The notes: a model not told the origin generated them from the sequence alone. A stretch of 64,000 bases of DNA from Candidatus Omnitrophota bacterium (GCA_029261055.1 JAJDCA010000066.1:157-64156), one strand, 5' to 3'. Counted from the first letter of the stretch, positions 28,624 through 38,560 are shown. Numbers and translations are program-made.

Positions 28624-29790
28624 ATGAAAAAAATTGTACTTGCTTACTCGGGGGGGTTAGATACCTCGTGTCTTATCAAATGGTTTGAGGAAAAAGGGTA
28701 TGATGTTATTGCCTTTATTGCGGATGTGGGGCAGGGGGAGGACTTTACTTCCATCAAAAAGCGTGCTCTGGCTACAGGAGCATCCAAGGTCTACTGTCTG
28801 AATTTACAAAAAGAGTTTGTGACGGATTATGTATTTCCGGCGCTTAAGGCTGGGGCGCTTTATGAAGAGAAATATAATTTAGCTTGCGCGTTATCTCGGC
28901 CATTGATTGCCAAGCATCTTGTGGACATTGCCCATAAAGAAAAGGCCCACGCAATTGCGCACGGGTGTACTGGTAAAGGTAACGATCAAGTACGATTTGA
29001 AGTGACCGCGCGTTTGATTGACCCTAAAATTGAAATTATCGCACCCGTGCGTTTTTGGGAGTTTAAAACACGGGACGAAGAAATTGAATATGCAAAATCT
29101 AAAAAAATTCCTGTGAGTGTAACCAAAAAAAGTCCGTACAGTATTGATGTCAATCTCTACGGCCGTGCGATTGAATGCGGTGTCTTAGAGGATCCTTGGC
29201 AAGAACCTCCGGAAGATATTTATGCGTTGACGGAAAACCCGATCAAGGCGCCTAATAAACCGACTTATGTCACCATTGATTTTGTGAAGGGTATTCCTCA
29301 AAAAATTGATGGCAAGGCGTATGCGCCTGTTACCTTAATCCAAAAACTGAATCAAATTGGTGGGAAAAATAGCGTCGGCCGTGTCGATATGGTAGAAAAC
29401 CGTTTGGTAGGTATTAAATCCCGTGAAATTTACGAAAATCCCGCTGGGACGATTCTTTACGCCGCTCTGCACGAATTAGAATGTTTAGTCTTAGACCGCG
29501 AAACTATGCGTTACAAACAAGCGGCCGCACAAAAGTATGCGGAGTTGACCTATAACGGTCTTTGGTGTATACCTTTAAAGACTCAATTGGATTCTTATTT
29601 TAACACAGTCCATAAAAACACCACCGGCACCGTTCGTCTAAAACTTTTCAAAGGAAATTGTACGGTCGCAGGACGTAAATCAAAATATTCGCGATACAAA
29701 GAAGAAATGGCAACCTACGGGGAAAAAGACATCTTCGACCAAAAACAATCCGAAGGCTTTGTCAAACTCTGGGGCATGCCTTTTGCATAA
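28624..29790 (+). CDS. argG: argininosuccinate synthase
   Basis: 388 aa. AYSGGLDTS PP-loop and the rest of the ArgG fold. Confidence 0.9.
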   Translation: MKKIVLAYSGGLDTSCLIKWFEEKGYDVIAFIADVGQGEDFTSIKKRALATGASKVYCLNLQKEFVTDYVFPALKAGALYEEKYNLACALSRPLIAKHLVDIAHKEKAHAIAHGCTGKGNDQVRFEVTARLIDPKIEIIAPVRFWEFKTRDEEIEYAKSKKIPVSVTKKSPYSIDVNLYGRAIECGVLEDPWQEPPEDIYALTENPIKAPNKPTYVTIDFVKGIPQKIDGKAYAPVTLIQKLNQIGGKNSVGRVDMVENRLVGIKSREIYENPAGTILYAALHELECLVLDRETMRYKQAAAQKYAELTYNGLWCIPLKTQLDSYFNTVHKNTTGTVRLKLFKGNCTVAGRKSKYSRYKEEMATYGEKDIFDQKQSEGFVKLWGMPFA

Positions 29791-29794
29791 TTGA

Positions 29795-29905
29795 AATAGA
29801 AGCAGAGAAGCAAAGAAGCAAAATGCAAAGAAAAAAACAACTAATCTAAACATTTTATCTCTCTGCCTCTTGCCGCTTTACACCTCTGCCTCTTTAAATT
29901 GGAGT
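29795..29905. repeat. GA-arm / CT-arm hairpin intergenic repeat, copy 1 (argG|argH spacer)
   Basis: aatagaagcagagaagcaaagaagcaaa...tctctgcctcttgccgctttacacctctgcctctttaaattgg. Related copies at 36301-36415 and 45291-45420. All three end in ctcttt(t)aaa just before the next gene. Confidence 0.5.
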
Positions 29906-29912
29906 TAGAACT

Positions 29913-31286
29913 ATGACAAAATTTTGGGGAAGTCGATTTGCTAAGAAAACAGATAGCCTCGCTGATCAATTTAGCTTTAGTATCAGCTATGATTATCGTT
30001 TAGCTATATATGATGTCCTGGGTAGCATTGCTCATGCCAATATGCTTGGCAAATGCAAAATCATCAGTAAAAAAGATGCTTCTGAAATTGTTTCAGGTTT
30101 GAAGAAAATAGGGAAGCAATTGGAAGAAGAGACCTTCAAATTTGATACTAAAGCCGAAGATATTCATACCAACATTCAATCAGCACTTAAAAAATTAATA
30201 GGGCCAGCGGCTGATAAACTGCATACGGCACGTTCCCGCAATGATCTTATTGCACTGGACATGAAATTATATTGTCTCGTCGAATTGACGATGATTATGG
30301 ATTTGATAGCTAAACTACAAAAATCTATCATCAAATTTGCGGATAAACATCAAGATGTTATTGTCCCGGCCTATACGCACCTTCAAGCCGCCCAAGTGGT
30401 TTTATTATCCCATCATATGCTGGCTTATGTCGAAATGCTTGACCGTGACAAAAATCGTTTGATGGATACACTCAACCGCACAGATGTTATGCCCTTGGGA
30501 AGTTGCGCCTTATCCGGAACATCGCTTGAAACGGACCGTGACTTTGTGACCAAAGAATTAGGCTTTTTAGCGACAACCCAAAATAGCATCGATTCTGTCA
30601 GCGACCGCGACTTTATTATTGAATCCTTATCGAATTTGGCAATGCTTGGCATACACGCGTCCCGTATCTCAGAAGATTTTATTATCTGGGCGACAAGTGA
30701 ATTTAATTTTATCAATATCGACTGGTCCTTATGTACAGGGTCATCCATAATGCCGCACAAAAAGAATCCGGATATTTTAGAATTAGTCCGTGGAGAGACG
30801 GCCAAGCTCTGCAGCAATTTAAATGAAATATTAATTTTGATGAAAGGTCTACCGTTGACATATAACCGTGATATGCAACTGGACAAACCGCCACTTTTTG
30901 AATCTGTGGAAAAATCAAAAGAGATATTACAACTATTGTCGTCATTGTTTACAGGACTTAAGGTCAATAAAAAAGTCCTCAAAGAACGTATCAACGATGA
31001 ATCATTTTTTTCTGTCGACATTATGGAATACTTAATCAAAAAAGGTATTTCTTACCGCGAAGCGCATGATATCGTTGGAACAATGATCAAAGAATGCGTT
31101 GATAAAGGAAACAAAATTGCAGACTTAAGCAAAGAAGAATTAAAAAAGTATTGCCCAAAGTTCGATACTGATGTAAAAGAACTGCTTAATCCGGAGACGT
31201 CAGTAAAAATGAAAAAATCTCTCGGGTCAACGAATCCTCAAATGGTTAAAAAACAGATTGAGGGATGGAAGAAAAAATTGTTGTAA
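29913..31286 (+). CDS. argH: argininosuccinate lyase
   Basis: 457 aa. Fumarase/aspartase family with the GSS.MPHKKNPD signature. Confidence 0.9.
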   Translation: MTKFWGSRFAKKTDSLADQFSFSISYDYRLAIYDVLGSIAHANMLGKCKIISKKDASEIVSGLKKIGKQLEEETFKFDTKAEDIHTNIQSALKKLIGPAADKLHTARSRNDLIALDMKLYCLVELTMIMDLIAKLQKSIIKFADKHQDVIVPAYTHLQAAQVVLLSHHMLAYVEMLDRDKNRLMDTLNRTDVMPLGSCALSGTSLETDRDFVTKELGFLATTQNSIDSVSDRDFIIESLSNLAMLGIHASRISEDFIIWATSEFNFINIDWSLCTGSSIMPHKKNPDILELVRGETAKLCSNLNEILILMKGLPLTYNRDMQLDKPPLFESVEKSKEILQLLSSLFTGLKVNKKVLKERINDESFFSVDIMEYLIKKGISYREAHDIVGTMIKECVDKGNKIADLSKEELKKYCPKFDTDVKELLNPETSVKMKKSLGSTNPQMVKKQIEGWKKKLL

Positions 31287-31316
31287 CAATGGTAAGATGT
31301 AAGCGAGGCTAAATTA

Positions 31317-32573
31317 ATGCACGATTTTAAATTTAAAAATAATGAATTACATTGCGAATCGGTTAAGGTAAGCACGATTGCTAAAAAGGTGGGGACGCCA
31401 TTTTATCTTTATAGTCACCATACGCTTGTCGATCATTTTACAAAAATTCAAAAAGCTTTTAAGAAAATTGATCCGATAATCTGCTTTGCCATGAAAGCTA
31501 ATGATAATTTAGCGGTGCTTAAAACCTTGGCAGATGAGGGAGCAGGTTTTGATATTGTTTCTGTAGGTGAACTAAAAAAGGTAAAAAAAGTCGGGGCCGA
31601 TCCGAAAAAAATCGTATTTGCTTCTGTTGGCAAAACCGAAGAAGAAATAACAGCGGCGATCAAAGCTGGCATCTTATTTTTTAATGTCGAATCTCTGCCG
31701 GAACTGGAAGAAATCAATGCCATTGCAAAAAAATTAAAAAAGAAAACACAAATTGCTTTGCGTATCAATCCGGATGTGGAAGCTGCGACTCATGCCAAAA
31801 TTACAACAGGGACATTAAGAAATAAATTTGGTATTGATTTACAAACAGCGCGTCACATTTTAAACGAACAAAAGAAATATCCGTTCCTTAAAATCAATGG
31901 ACTACATGTACACATCGGTTCACAAATCACAAGTAGCGCTCCTTTTATTCATGCAATTAAAAAAGTCATCGACTTCATTGGTGTTTTACAAAAAGAAGGT
32001 ATTCCGTTAGAATATCTCGATATTGGCGGCGGCTTAGGGATTGTTTATCATGATGAAAAACCCCAAACGGCACAAGATTTTGCCAATGCTATTTTACCGT
32101 ATCTTGAAAAAACTGGCCTGAAGATTGTGATGGAACCCGGACGATTTATTGCTGGAAACGCCGGAATTTTTGTCACACAAGTTTTGTATCTTAAAGATAA
32201 TGGTTTTAAAAAATTTCTGATTGTTGATGGTGGCATGAATGATTTACTACGGCCTTCTCTATATGATGCCTACCATGACGTTGTGGCATTAAAAAAATCG
32301 AATGCCAAAAAAGTAAAGATGGACATTGTAGGCCCCATTTGCGAAAGCGGTGATTTTTTTGCTAAAGACCGTATTTTTCCACAGTTAAAAAAAGGCGATC
32401 TGATCGCCGTTATGAGCACCGGTGCCTACGGTTATGTTATGGCGAGTAATTACAATGTTCGAGGACGTCCTCCGGAAGTCATGGTTCGTGGGAATAAATA
32501 TGCAATAACTAAAAAACGTGAAACCTTTCAAGATTTGATGCGTGGCGAATGTATACCAGAATTTCTAAAATAA
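31317..32573 (+). CDS. lysA: diaminopimelate decarboxylase
   Basis: 418 aa. PLP-lysine (CFAMKAN) and fold-III decarboxylase motifs (GGGLGI, EPGR, CESGD). Confidence 0.9.
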   Translation: MHDFKFKNNELHCESVKVSTIAKKVGTPFYLYSHHTLVDHFTKIQKAFKKIDPIICFAMKANDNLAVLKTLADEGAGFDIVSVGELKKVKKVGADPKKIVFASVGKTEEEITAAIKAGILFFNVESLPELEEINAIAKKLKKKTQIALRINPDVEAATHAKITTGTLRNKFGIDLQTARHILNEQKKYPFLKINGLHVHIGSQITSSAPFIHAIKKVIDFIGVLQKEGIPLEYLDIGGGLGIVYHDEKPQTAQDFANAILPYLEKTGLKIVMEPGRFIAGNAGIFVTQVLYLKDNGFKKFLIVDGGMNDLLRPSLYDAYHDVVALKKSNAKKVKMDIVGPICESGDFFAKDRIFPQLKKGDLIAVMSTGAYGYVMASNYNVRGRPPEVMVRGNKYAITKKRETFQDLMRGECIPEFLK

Positions 32574-33397
32574 AAAAAATCCCTTTCACAAAAATGGCCG
32601 GAGCCGGAAATGATTTTATTATCGTTGAAGCCCCTGTTGAAGGTGTTCGTTTAAAACGATTAGCAATCCAGGTCTGTGACCGAACCAATGGTATTGGGGC
32701 TGATGGGCTGCTCGTTTTAGATAAATCTAAAAAAGCGGATTACAAAATGCGCATTATCAATGCGGATGGGTCTATAGCAGAAATGTGTGGTAACGGCGCT
32801 CGTTGTATGGCTTCTTACATTGCTCAATATAAAAAACCAAAAAAGAAATTATTTAATATGGAAACATTAGCTGGACTCGTATTAGGAGAAGCCGCAGGTG
32901 AAATTGCCAATGTTCGCTTAAGTAATCCCGTCAATTATAAACCGGATATTCCTATTGTCCTTATGGGCCGAAAAATTTCGGTGCATTATATTAATACTGG
33001 TGTACCTCATACAATTGTGTATGTTGACGACCTTGCGAATATTGACGTAGCTAAAATTGGCCACATTATCCGCCACCATGATGAATTTGAACCGAGAGGA
33101 TGTAATGTCAATTTTGTGGAACAAATTAATCAAAACACCGTAAGCGCGCGCACTTATGAACGTGGTGTTGAAGATGAAACCAAGGCATGTGGGACAGGTA
33201 GTGTCGCGGCAGCTATTATTTCTTATTTAAAGGCAAACTTAATCGTCGTTAATAAATCAAATGCCCGAATGAAAGTAAAAACAACCGGGGGCGAAACCCT
33301 GGAAGTAACATTCGATGTCAAAGAAGGTAAAATTTCCAATGTGTGGTTAAAAGGCAGTGCTAAATTTATCGCCAGTGGAAAATTTTATTTTAAATAG
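32549..33397 (+). CDS. dapF: diaminopimelate epimerase
   Basis: FTKMAGAGNDFIIVE N-terminal motif plus CGNGARC and ACGTGS catalytic-Cys motifs. Confidence 0.85.
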   Translation: MYTRISKIKKIPFTKMAGAGNDFIIVEAPVEGVRLKRLAIQVCDRTNGIGADGLLVLDKSKKADYKMRIINADGSIAEMCGNGARCMASYIAQYKKPKKKLFNMETLAGLVLGEAAGEIANVRLSNPVNYKPDIPIVLMGRKISVHYINTGVPHTIVYVDDLANIDVAKIGHIIRHHDEFEPRGCNVNFVEQINQNTVSARTYERGVEDETKACGTGSVAAAIISYLKANLIVVNKSNARMKVKTTGGETLEVTFDVKEGKISNVWLKGSAKFIASGKFYFK

Positions 33398-33412
33398 AGA
33401 AAGGATTCAAAC

Positions 33413-34318
33413 ATGTTAAAAGGATCTATTGTTGCGCTTGTGACCCCATTTAAAAACGGACAAGTCGATCAAGACAAACTTAAAGAATTAGTAGAATTTC
33501 AAATTAAAAATGGCACAAACGGTATTCTTCCGTGTGGAACAACCGGAGAATCACCGACATTGTCACACGATGAGCATAATCTAGTTGTAGAAACCTGTAT
33601 TCAAGCCGCTAATGGTCGTGTGCCTGTTATGGCCGGAACCGGATCAAATTCAACCTCAGAAGCCGTGGCTTTAACTAAACATGCAGCCGAGGCAGGCGCA
33701 GATGCAGCCCTTATTGTTTCCCCTTATTATAATAAGCCAACACAAAAAGGACTTTATTTACATTTCAAAGAAATTGCCGATAATGTCGACATTCCTATTA
33801 TTCTCTATAATATTGCCGGACGTACCGCTGTCAACATCGAACCAGACACCATCGCCAAACTAGCCAAAGATTGTAAAAATATTATAGGCGTTAAAGAAGC
33901 CTCAGGTTCTTTAGGACAAATGCAGGCGATCAAGCAATTATGTCCTGATAGTTTTTTAATGTTTTCAGGCGATGACAATTTAACCTTGCCTGTGCTGAGC
34001 ATCGGGGGCGTCGGCGTTATTTCTGTATTAGCTAATATTGTGCCAGCTGATATTGCCAAAGTGATTGAATATTATAACAATGGCCAAATAAAAGAAGCAC
34101 AAACACTACATTACAAACTTTTACCATTAGTCAAAGCGATGTTTGTAGAAACTAATCCTACTCCTGTTAAAAAAGCGATGGAATTGCTAGGCCTTTGCTC
34201 AGCTGAACTACGACTTCCTTTATGTGCTATGGCAGAAGAAAATGTAGCAACAGTAAAAGCCGCTTTAAAAGATTACGGTTTGAATTCTTCTAACGTGATG
34301 GTGAAGGAGGCCGCATGA
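33413..34318 (+). CDS. dapA: 4-hydroxy-tetrahydrodipicolinate synthase
   Basis: 301 aa. GS.VALVTPF, GTTGES and the K-containing IIGVKEASG motifs. Confidence 0.9.
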   Translation: MLKGSIVALVTPFKNGQVDQDKLKELVEFQIKNGTNGILPCGTTGESPTLSHDEHNLVVETCIQAANGRVPVMAGTGSNSTSEAVALTKHAAEAGADAALIVSPYYNKPTQKGLYLHFKEIADNVDIPIILYNIAGRTAVNIEPDTIAKLAKDCKNIIGVKEASGSLGQMQAIKQLCPDSFLMFSGDDNLTLPVLSIGGVGVISVLANIVPADIAKVIEYYNNGQIKEAQTLHYKLLPLVKAMFVETNPTPVKKAMELLGLCSAELRLPLCAMAEENVATVKAALKDYGLNSSNVMVKEAA

Positions 34319-35037
34319 TAAAATTAGGCGTTAGCGGGTGTCAAGGGAGGATGGGGCAAAGTATTCGTCGATTAGCCCTTGAAGATAAAGCCTTTGAATT
34401 AACAACCCTCTTAGAACATAAAGCTCACCCAAAAGCGAATGAAACAGTTCATAATATTGCTATTAGCACGGATAATGCTTCTTTAAACAAAGACACAGAC
34501 GTTCTTATTGAATTTACATTACCGGAAGGGACCATCGAGAATCTGAAAGCTTGTGTTCAATATGGTGTCAAGATGGTGATTGGTACAACAGGATTTACAC
34601 CGGAACAAATCAAAGCCATTGAAGACGCTTCTAAAAAAATTCCGATCGTATTTGCTTCTAATATGTCTGTTGGAGTAAATATCTTATTTAAATTAACACA
34701 AATGGTAGCTGAAAAAACTGGTGAATCATATTCCATTAATATGACAGAAGCTCATCATATCCACAAAAAAGATGCGCCATCAGGCACAGCAAAAACTTTA
34801 GCAGAAATCGCTGAGGCTTCATCCGGACAGAAGGTTGAAAACATTGATTCAATCCGTGAAGGAGAAATTATCGGGGATCATGACGTCGTTTTTGAAAGTG
34901 CCGAGGATATTATTAAAATTTCTCATCACGCCAAAAACCGGGACATTTTTGCCAAAGGAGCGCTTGTTGCCGCAAAATTCCTAGCCAATAAAGAAAAAGG
35001 CTTGTTCAACATGCAGGATGTATTAGGATTAAATTAG
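34315..35037 (+). CDS. dapB: 4-hydroxy-tetrahydrodipicolinate reductase
   Basis: 240 aa. N-terminal Rossmann fold (KLGVSGCQGRMG) and the EAHHIHKKDAPSGTA motif. Confidence 0.8.
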   Translation: MIKLGVSGCQGRMGQSIRRLALEDKAFELTTLLEHKAHPKANETVHNIAISTDNASLNKDTDVLIEFTLPEGTIENLKACVQYGVKMVIGTTGFTPEQIKAIEDASKKIPIVFASNMSVGVNILFKLTQMVAEKTGESYSINMTEAHHIHKKDAPSGTAKTLAEIAEASSGQKVENIDSIREGEIIGDHDVVFESAEDIIKISHHAKNRDIFAKGALVAAKFLANKEKGLFNMQDVLGLN

Positions 35038-35044
35038 GCCGCTT

Positions 35045-35105
35045 TCAGCCATCAGTCATCAGTAAAAAAATACTGAAGTCTGATAGCTGACGACTGATGA
35101 CTATT
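35045..35105. repeat. GACTGA/CATCAG-rich palindromic intergenic element, copy 2 (dapB|dapL spacer)
   Basis: gctttcagccatcagtcatcagt...actgaagtctgatagctgacgactgatgact. Shares ctgatagctgacgactga with the copy at 2212-2277. Confidence 0.4.
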
Positions 35106-35125
35106 AAGAAAGGATTCAAAGATCT

Positions 35126-36292
35126 ATGTCAATTTCCATCGAATTTTCCGAACGATTAAAAAATTTACCACCATACCTTTTTGTTGCCATCGATAAAGCC
35201 AAAAGAGCTGCTATGGCTGAAGGACGGGATGTTATTAATCTTGGTATCGGTGATCCGGATTCTGGAACCCCACAACATATTATTGATGCCCTTAAACAAG
35301 CGGTTGAAGATTCAGCGAATCATCATTATGCTTTGGATTCTGGCTTACCAGAATTAAGAAAAGAAATTGCTATCTGGTTTCAAAACCGCTTTCAAGTATC
35401 TCTGGATATTGATTCAGAAATATATCCTCTCATCGGAACTAAGGAAGGGTTGGCCCATTTACCTTTAGGCATTATTAACCCTAAAGACAAAGTGCTTCTT
35501 ACAGATCCAGCTTACCCAGCATACCGGCCTTCCATTGAATTTGCCGGAGGAAAAATCGTTAATATCCCTTTAAAAGCTAATCGTGGATTTTTACCAGATC
35601 TAGAAAAGATTGAAAAAATGAGGGATGTTAAAATGTTGGTGATTAACTACCCCAACAATCCAACCGCCACAACAGCAACCAAAGAATTCTACACAGACTT
35701 AGTAAAACTCGCTCAAGAAAAAGAATTTATCATTGTCTCAGATATGGCCTATTCAGAAGTTTATTACGATGGAGAAAAACCTCTTAGCATCCTGGAAATT
35801 GATGGGGCAAAGGATGTTGCCATAGAATTTCATTCTTTATCTAAGACATATTACATGACTGGCTGGCGTATTGGATGGGCTTGTGGTAATCCAACGCTTG
35901 TGGCAGCTCTGGCTAAAGTCAAATCAAACTTTGATTCTGGTATTTTTCAAGCAATTCAAGTGGCTGGTATTGCAGCCTTAAAAAGTGATCCTCAAATCAC
36001 TGAAGACATGCGCACACTTTATCAAGATAGACGCGATTATCTTGTAAATGGACTAAGAGGCATCGGGTGGAAAGTGCCCGCACCTCAAGCCGCTTTCTAT
36101 GTTTGGGCTAAAATTCCAAAAGGATTTTCCAGCTCTATGGAAACCTCAAAAGCATTTTTGGACAAAGCCGATATCGTGGCTACCCCTGGAAATGGATTTG
36201 GAGAGGCAGGGGAGGGTTACATTCGCATGGCGCTTACTGTTTCAAAAGACCGAATTAATGAAGCCGTAGAAAGATTACGAAAGGTTTTGTAG
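35126..36292 (+). CDS. LL-diaminopimelate aminotransferase-type class-I aminotransferase (DapL-like)
   Basis: 388 aa fold-type-I aminotransferase (NLGIGDPD, SKTYYMTGWRIGW). Sits directly after dapFAB, and no dapD/dapC/dapE is present, which is consistent with the DapL route. Confidence 0.65.
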   Translation: MSISIEFSERLKNLPPYLFVAIDKAKRAAMAEGRDVINLGIGDPDSGTPQHIIDALKQAVEDSANHHYALDSGLPELRKEIAIWFQNRFQVSLDIDSEIYPLIGTKEGLAHLPLGIINPKDKVLLTDPAYPAYRPSIEFAGGKIVNIPLKANRGFLPDLEKIEKMRDVKMLVINYPNNPTATTATKEFYTDLVKLAQEKEFIIVSDMAYSEVYYDGEKPLSILEIDGAKDVAIEFHSLSKTYYMTGWRIGWACGNPTLVAALAKVKSNFDSGIFQAIQVAGIAALKSDPQITEDMRTLYQDRRDYLVNGLRGIGWKVPAPQAAFYVWAKIPKGFSSSMETSKAFLDKADIVATPGNGFGEAGEGYIRMALTVSKDRINEAVERLRKVL

Positions 36293-36300
36293 TCTATTTA

Positions 36301-36415
36301 AATATAGAAGCAAGATGCATAGAGGTAAGAGGCAGAGAATAAAAACATTAGTTAGCTTTATTTTTTGCTTTGCTTCTTGTGTCTCTATTTCTCTGCTTCT
36401 TTAAATAGGAAGGAA
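36301..36415. repeat. GA-arm / CT-arm hairpin intergenic repeat, copy 2 (dapL|folK spacer)
   Basis: aatatagaagcaagatgcatagaggtaagaggcagagaat...ttttttgctttgcttcttgtgtctctatttctctgcttctttaaatagg. The two arms are reverse complements of each other. Confidence 0.5.
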
Positions 36416-36420
36416 AAGAT

Positions 36421-36852
36421 TTGGAAACCGTTTACCTTGGGTTGGGTTCCAATATGGGAAATCGTCAAGAAAACATCAAAAAATCCTTAGAACTTTTAGA
36501 AAACAATTTGATCAAAATTCTAAAATGCGCAACGATTATTGAAACCGATCCCGTAGGAGGACCTAAACAGGATAAATACCTCAACACAGTTGCCGAGGCT
36601 AAAACCTCATTGTCCCCACAAGATTTACTTACACAACTCCATCAAATCGAGAAACAACTCGGTCGTATTCGAACCATCAAAAATGGACCACGTCCTATTG
36701 ATATCGATATTCTTCTTTATGGAAATATAAATATACAAACACCTCAACTTACTATTCCACATCCGCGCATGCTGAAACGCGATTTTGTGATGATCCCACT
36801 TAAAGAAATTTCTCCTAAAACGGTAGAGGCATTGCTCCATGCGCGTCATTAA
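36421..36852 (+). CDS. folK: 2-amino-4-hydroxy-6-hydroxymethyldihydropteridine pyrophosphokinase
   Basis: 143 aa. VYLGLGSNMGNR N-terminus and PRPIDIDILLYG motifs of HPPK. Apparent TTG start. Confidence 0.8.
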   Translation: METVYLGLGSNMGNRQENIKKSLELLENNLIKILKCATIIETDPVGGPKQDKYLNTVAEAKTSLSPQDLLTQLHQIEKQLGRIRTIKNGPRPIDIDILLYGNINIQTPQLTIPHPRMLKRDFVMIPLKEISPKTVEALLHARH

Positions 36853-37687
36853 ATCCATAAAATCAATCCGAACCTTCCTTAAAACGATAAAAATAAAAAA
36901 TAAAAGAATCGGCCTTGTCCCGACTATGGGAGCCCTTCATAAAGGACACCTTTCGCTTATACAAAAATCTCGACGAGAAAATGACATTATCATCTTAAGT
37001 ATTTTTGTAAACCCAAAACAATTCGGTCCAAAGGAGGATTTCACCCAATATCCTCGACAAGAAAAAAAAGATGAATTATTGGCAAAAAAAGAAAAAGTTG
37101 ATATAATATTTTATCCGTCGGTCGAGGAGCTTTATCCGAAGGATTATTTGACATACGTTTTTGTTGACGAATTAGGTGAAAAATTATGCGGCCAGTCACG
37201 ACCAAATCATTTTCAAGGCGTTACAACTATCGTCGCTAAACTTTTAAATATCATTACCCCTGATACATTGTATCTAGGGCAAAAAGATGCTCAGCAGGTC
37301 ATTATTATAAATAAAATGATCCAAAATTTAAATATTCCTGTAAAAGTAAAAACCTGTCCTATTATTCGAGAACCTGACGGACTTGCCATGAGTTCACGTA
37401 ATCGTTATCTTTCAAGCCGCCAACGAAAAGAAGCCCCAATCCTTTTTCAATCACTCAAATCAGCTAAAAAAAGAATTCAAAAAGGCGAACACAGAAGCGC
37501 AGCTTTGCTTCAAATGATCCAATCTAATATTGAAAGAAATAGTTCCGGCCGTATTGATTATCTTGAATGCGTAGACAATCAATCACTAAACCCTTTAAAA
37601 AAAATTACATCAAGTGGTATGATTGCTCTGGCTGTAAAATTTGGTTCTACACGACTCATAGATAACATTGAATTTAAAATAAAATGA
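36839..37687 (+). CDS. panC: pantoate--beta-alanine ligase
   Basis: 282 aa. VPTMGALHKGHLSL HIGH-type motif. Confidence 0.9.
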   Translation: MRVIKSIKSIRTFLKTIKIKNKRIGLVPTMGALHKGHLSLIQKSRRENDIIILSIFVNPKQFGPKEDFTQYPRQEKKDELLAKKEKVDIIFYPSVEELYPKDYLTYVFVDELGEKLCGQSRPNHFQGVTTIVAKLLNIITPDTLYLGQKDAQQVIIINKMIQNLNIPVKVKTCPIIREPDGLAMSSRNRYLSSRQRKEAPILFQSLKSAKKRIQKGEHRSAALLQMIQSNIERNSSGRIDYLECVDNQSLNPLKKITSSGMIALAVKFGSTRLIDNIEFKIK

Positions 37688-38514
37688 AATCAAGAAATTA
37701 CAAAGTTAAAATTGGTATTGTTGGCTGTGGCGCGATTGGATCCCGAATGGCACAAGCTATTCATCACGACTTTAAGGATGATTGCAAAATATCTGGACTC
37801 TACGACATCAATGCAAAAAAAACTGAAGAACTTGGTAAGAAACTATCCCTCAAAAAATCGCTCTACACTCTATCGCTCCCGGAACTGATAAAAACCTGTG
37901 ATTGTATGGTTGAAGCTATAAACGCAGAAAATACACTTGATATTATTCGTCAGGCATTGAAAGCCAAAAAAAGTGTCTTAGCTATGAGCGTAGGCAAACT
38001 TCTAAATGCTCAAGATTTATTTCAACTAGCCAGAAAAAACCGACGATATATTCTATTGCCTTCCGGAGCAATCGCCGGTATTGACGCTATAAAAGCTGCA
38101 AGCCTTGTTAATGTTAAGAAAATTACACTCACCTCAAGCAAGCCTCCTCAGGGGTTTAAAAATAATCCTTATTTCCTTGAAAAGAAAATTGATGTGTCTA
38201 AGATAAAGAGGAAGACAATACTATTTGAAGGAGATGTGAATACGGCTGTAAAACTTTTCCCGCAAAACATCAATGTTGCTGCAACTTTAGCGCTTGCTTG
38301 TCAAGTAAGGAAAAAAATACACATTCGTATTATCACTTCTCCTAAATATAAAACAAATTCGCATGAAATTGAAATGACAGGAGACTTTGGTAGCTTAATA
38401 ACAAAAACGGATAACGTTATTTGTCCCGACAACCCGAAATCAAGTTACCTAGCCGTGCTGTCAGGACTACAAACTTTAAAACAATATTGCACCGGTATAG
38501 TGATCGGAACATAA
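37684..38514 (+). CDS. aspartate dehydrogenase-like protein (NAD-binding; DUF108-type)
   Basis: 276 aa. KIGIVGCGAIGSRMAQAI Rossmann N-terminus and the general layout of L-aspartate dehydrogenases. Function inferred only. Confidence 0.5.
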   Translation: MKSRNYKVKIGIVGCGAIGSRMAQAIHHDFKDDCKISGLYDINAKKTEELGKKLSLKKSLYTLSLPELIKTCDCMVEAINAENTLDIIRQALKAKKSVLAMSVGKLLNAQDLFQLARKNRRYILLPSGAIAGIDAIKAASLVNVKKITLTSSKPPQGFKNNPYFLEKKIDVSKIKRKTILFEGDVNTAVKLFPQNINVAATLALACQVRKKIHIRIITSPKYKTNSHEIEMTGDFGSLITKTDNVICPDNPKSSYLAVLSGLQTLKQYCTGIVIGT

Positions 38515-38560
38515 ATACGCTTGTACAAAACTAAGTATTACCCTTTTTCTATCCAAGAAA

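Noticed and set aside
30425-31039. 204-aa minus-strand ORF
   Set aside because: Lies entirely inside argH, whose protein matches the argininosuccinate lyase family end to end. A shadow ORF.
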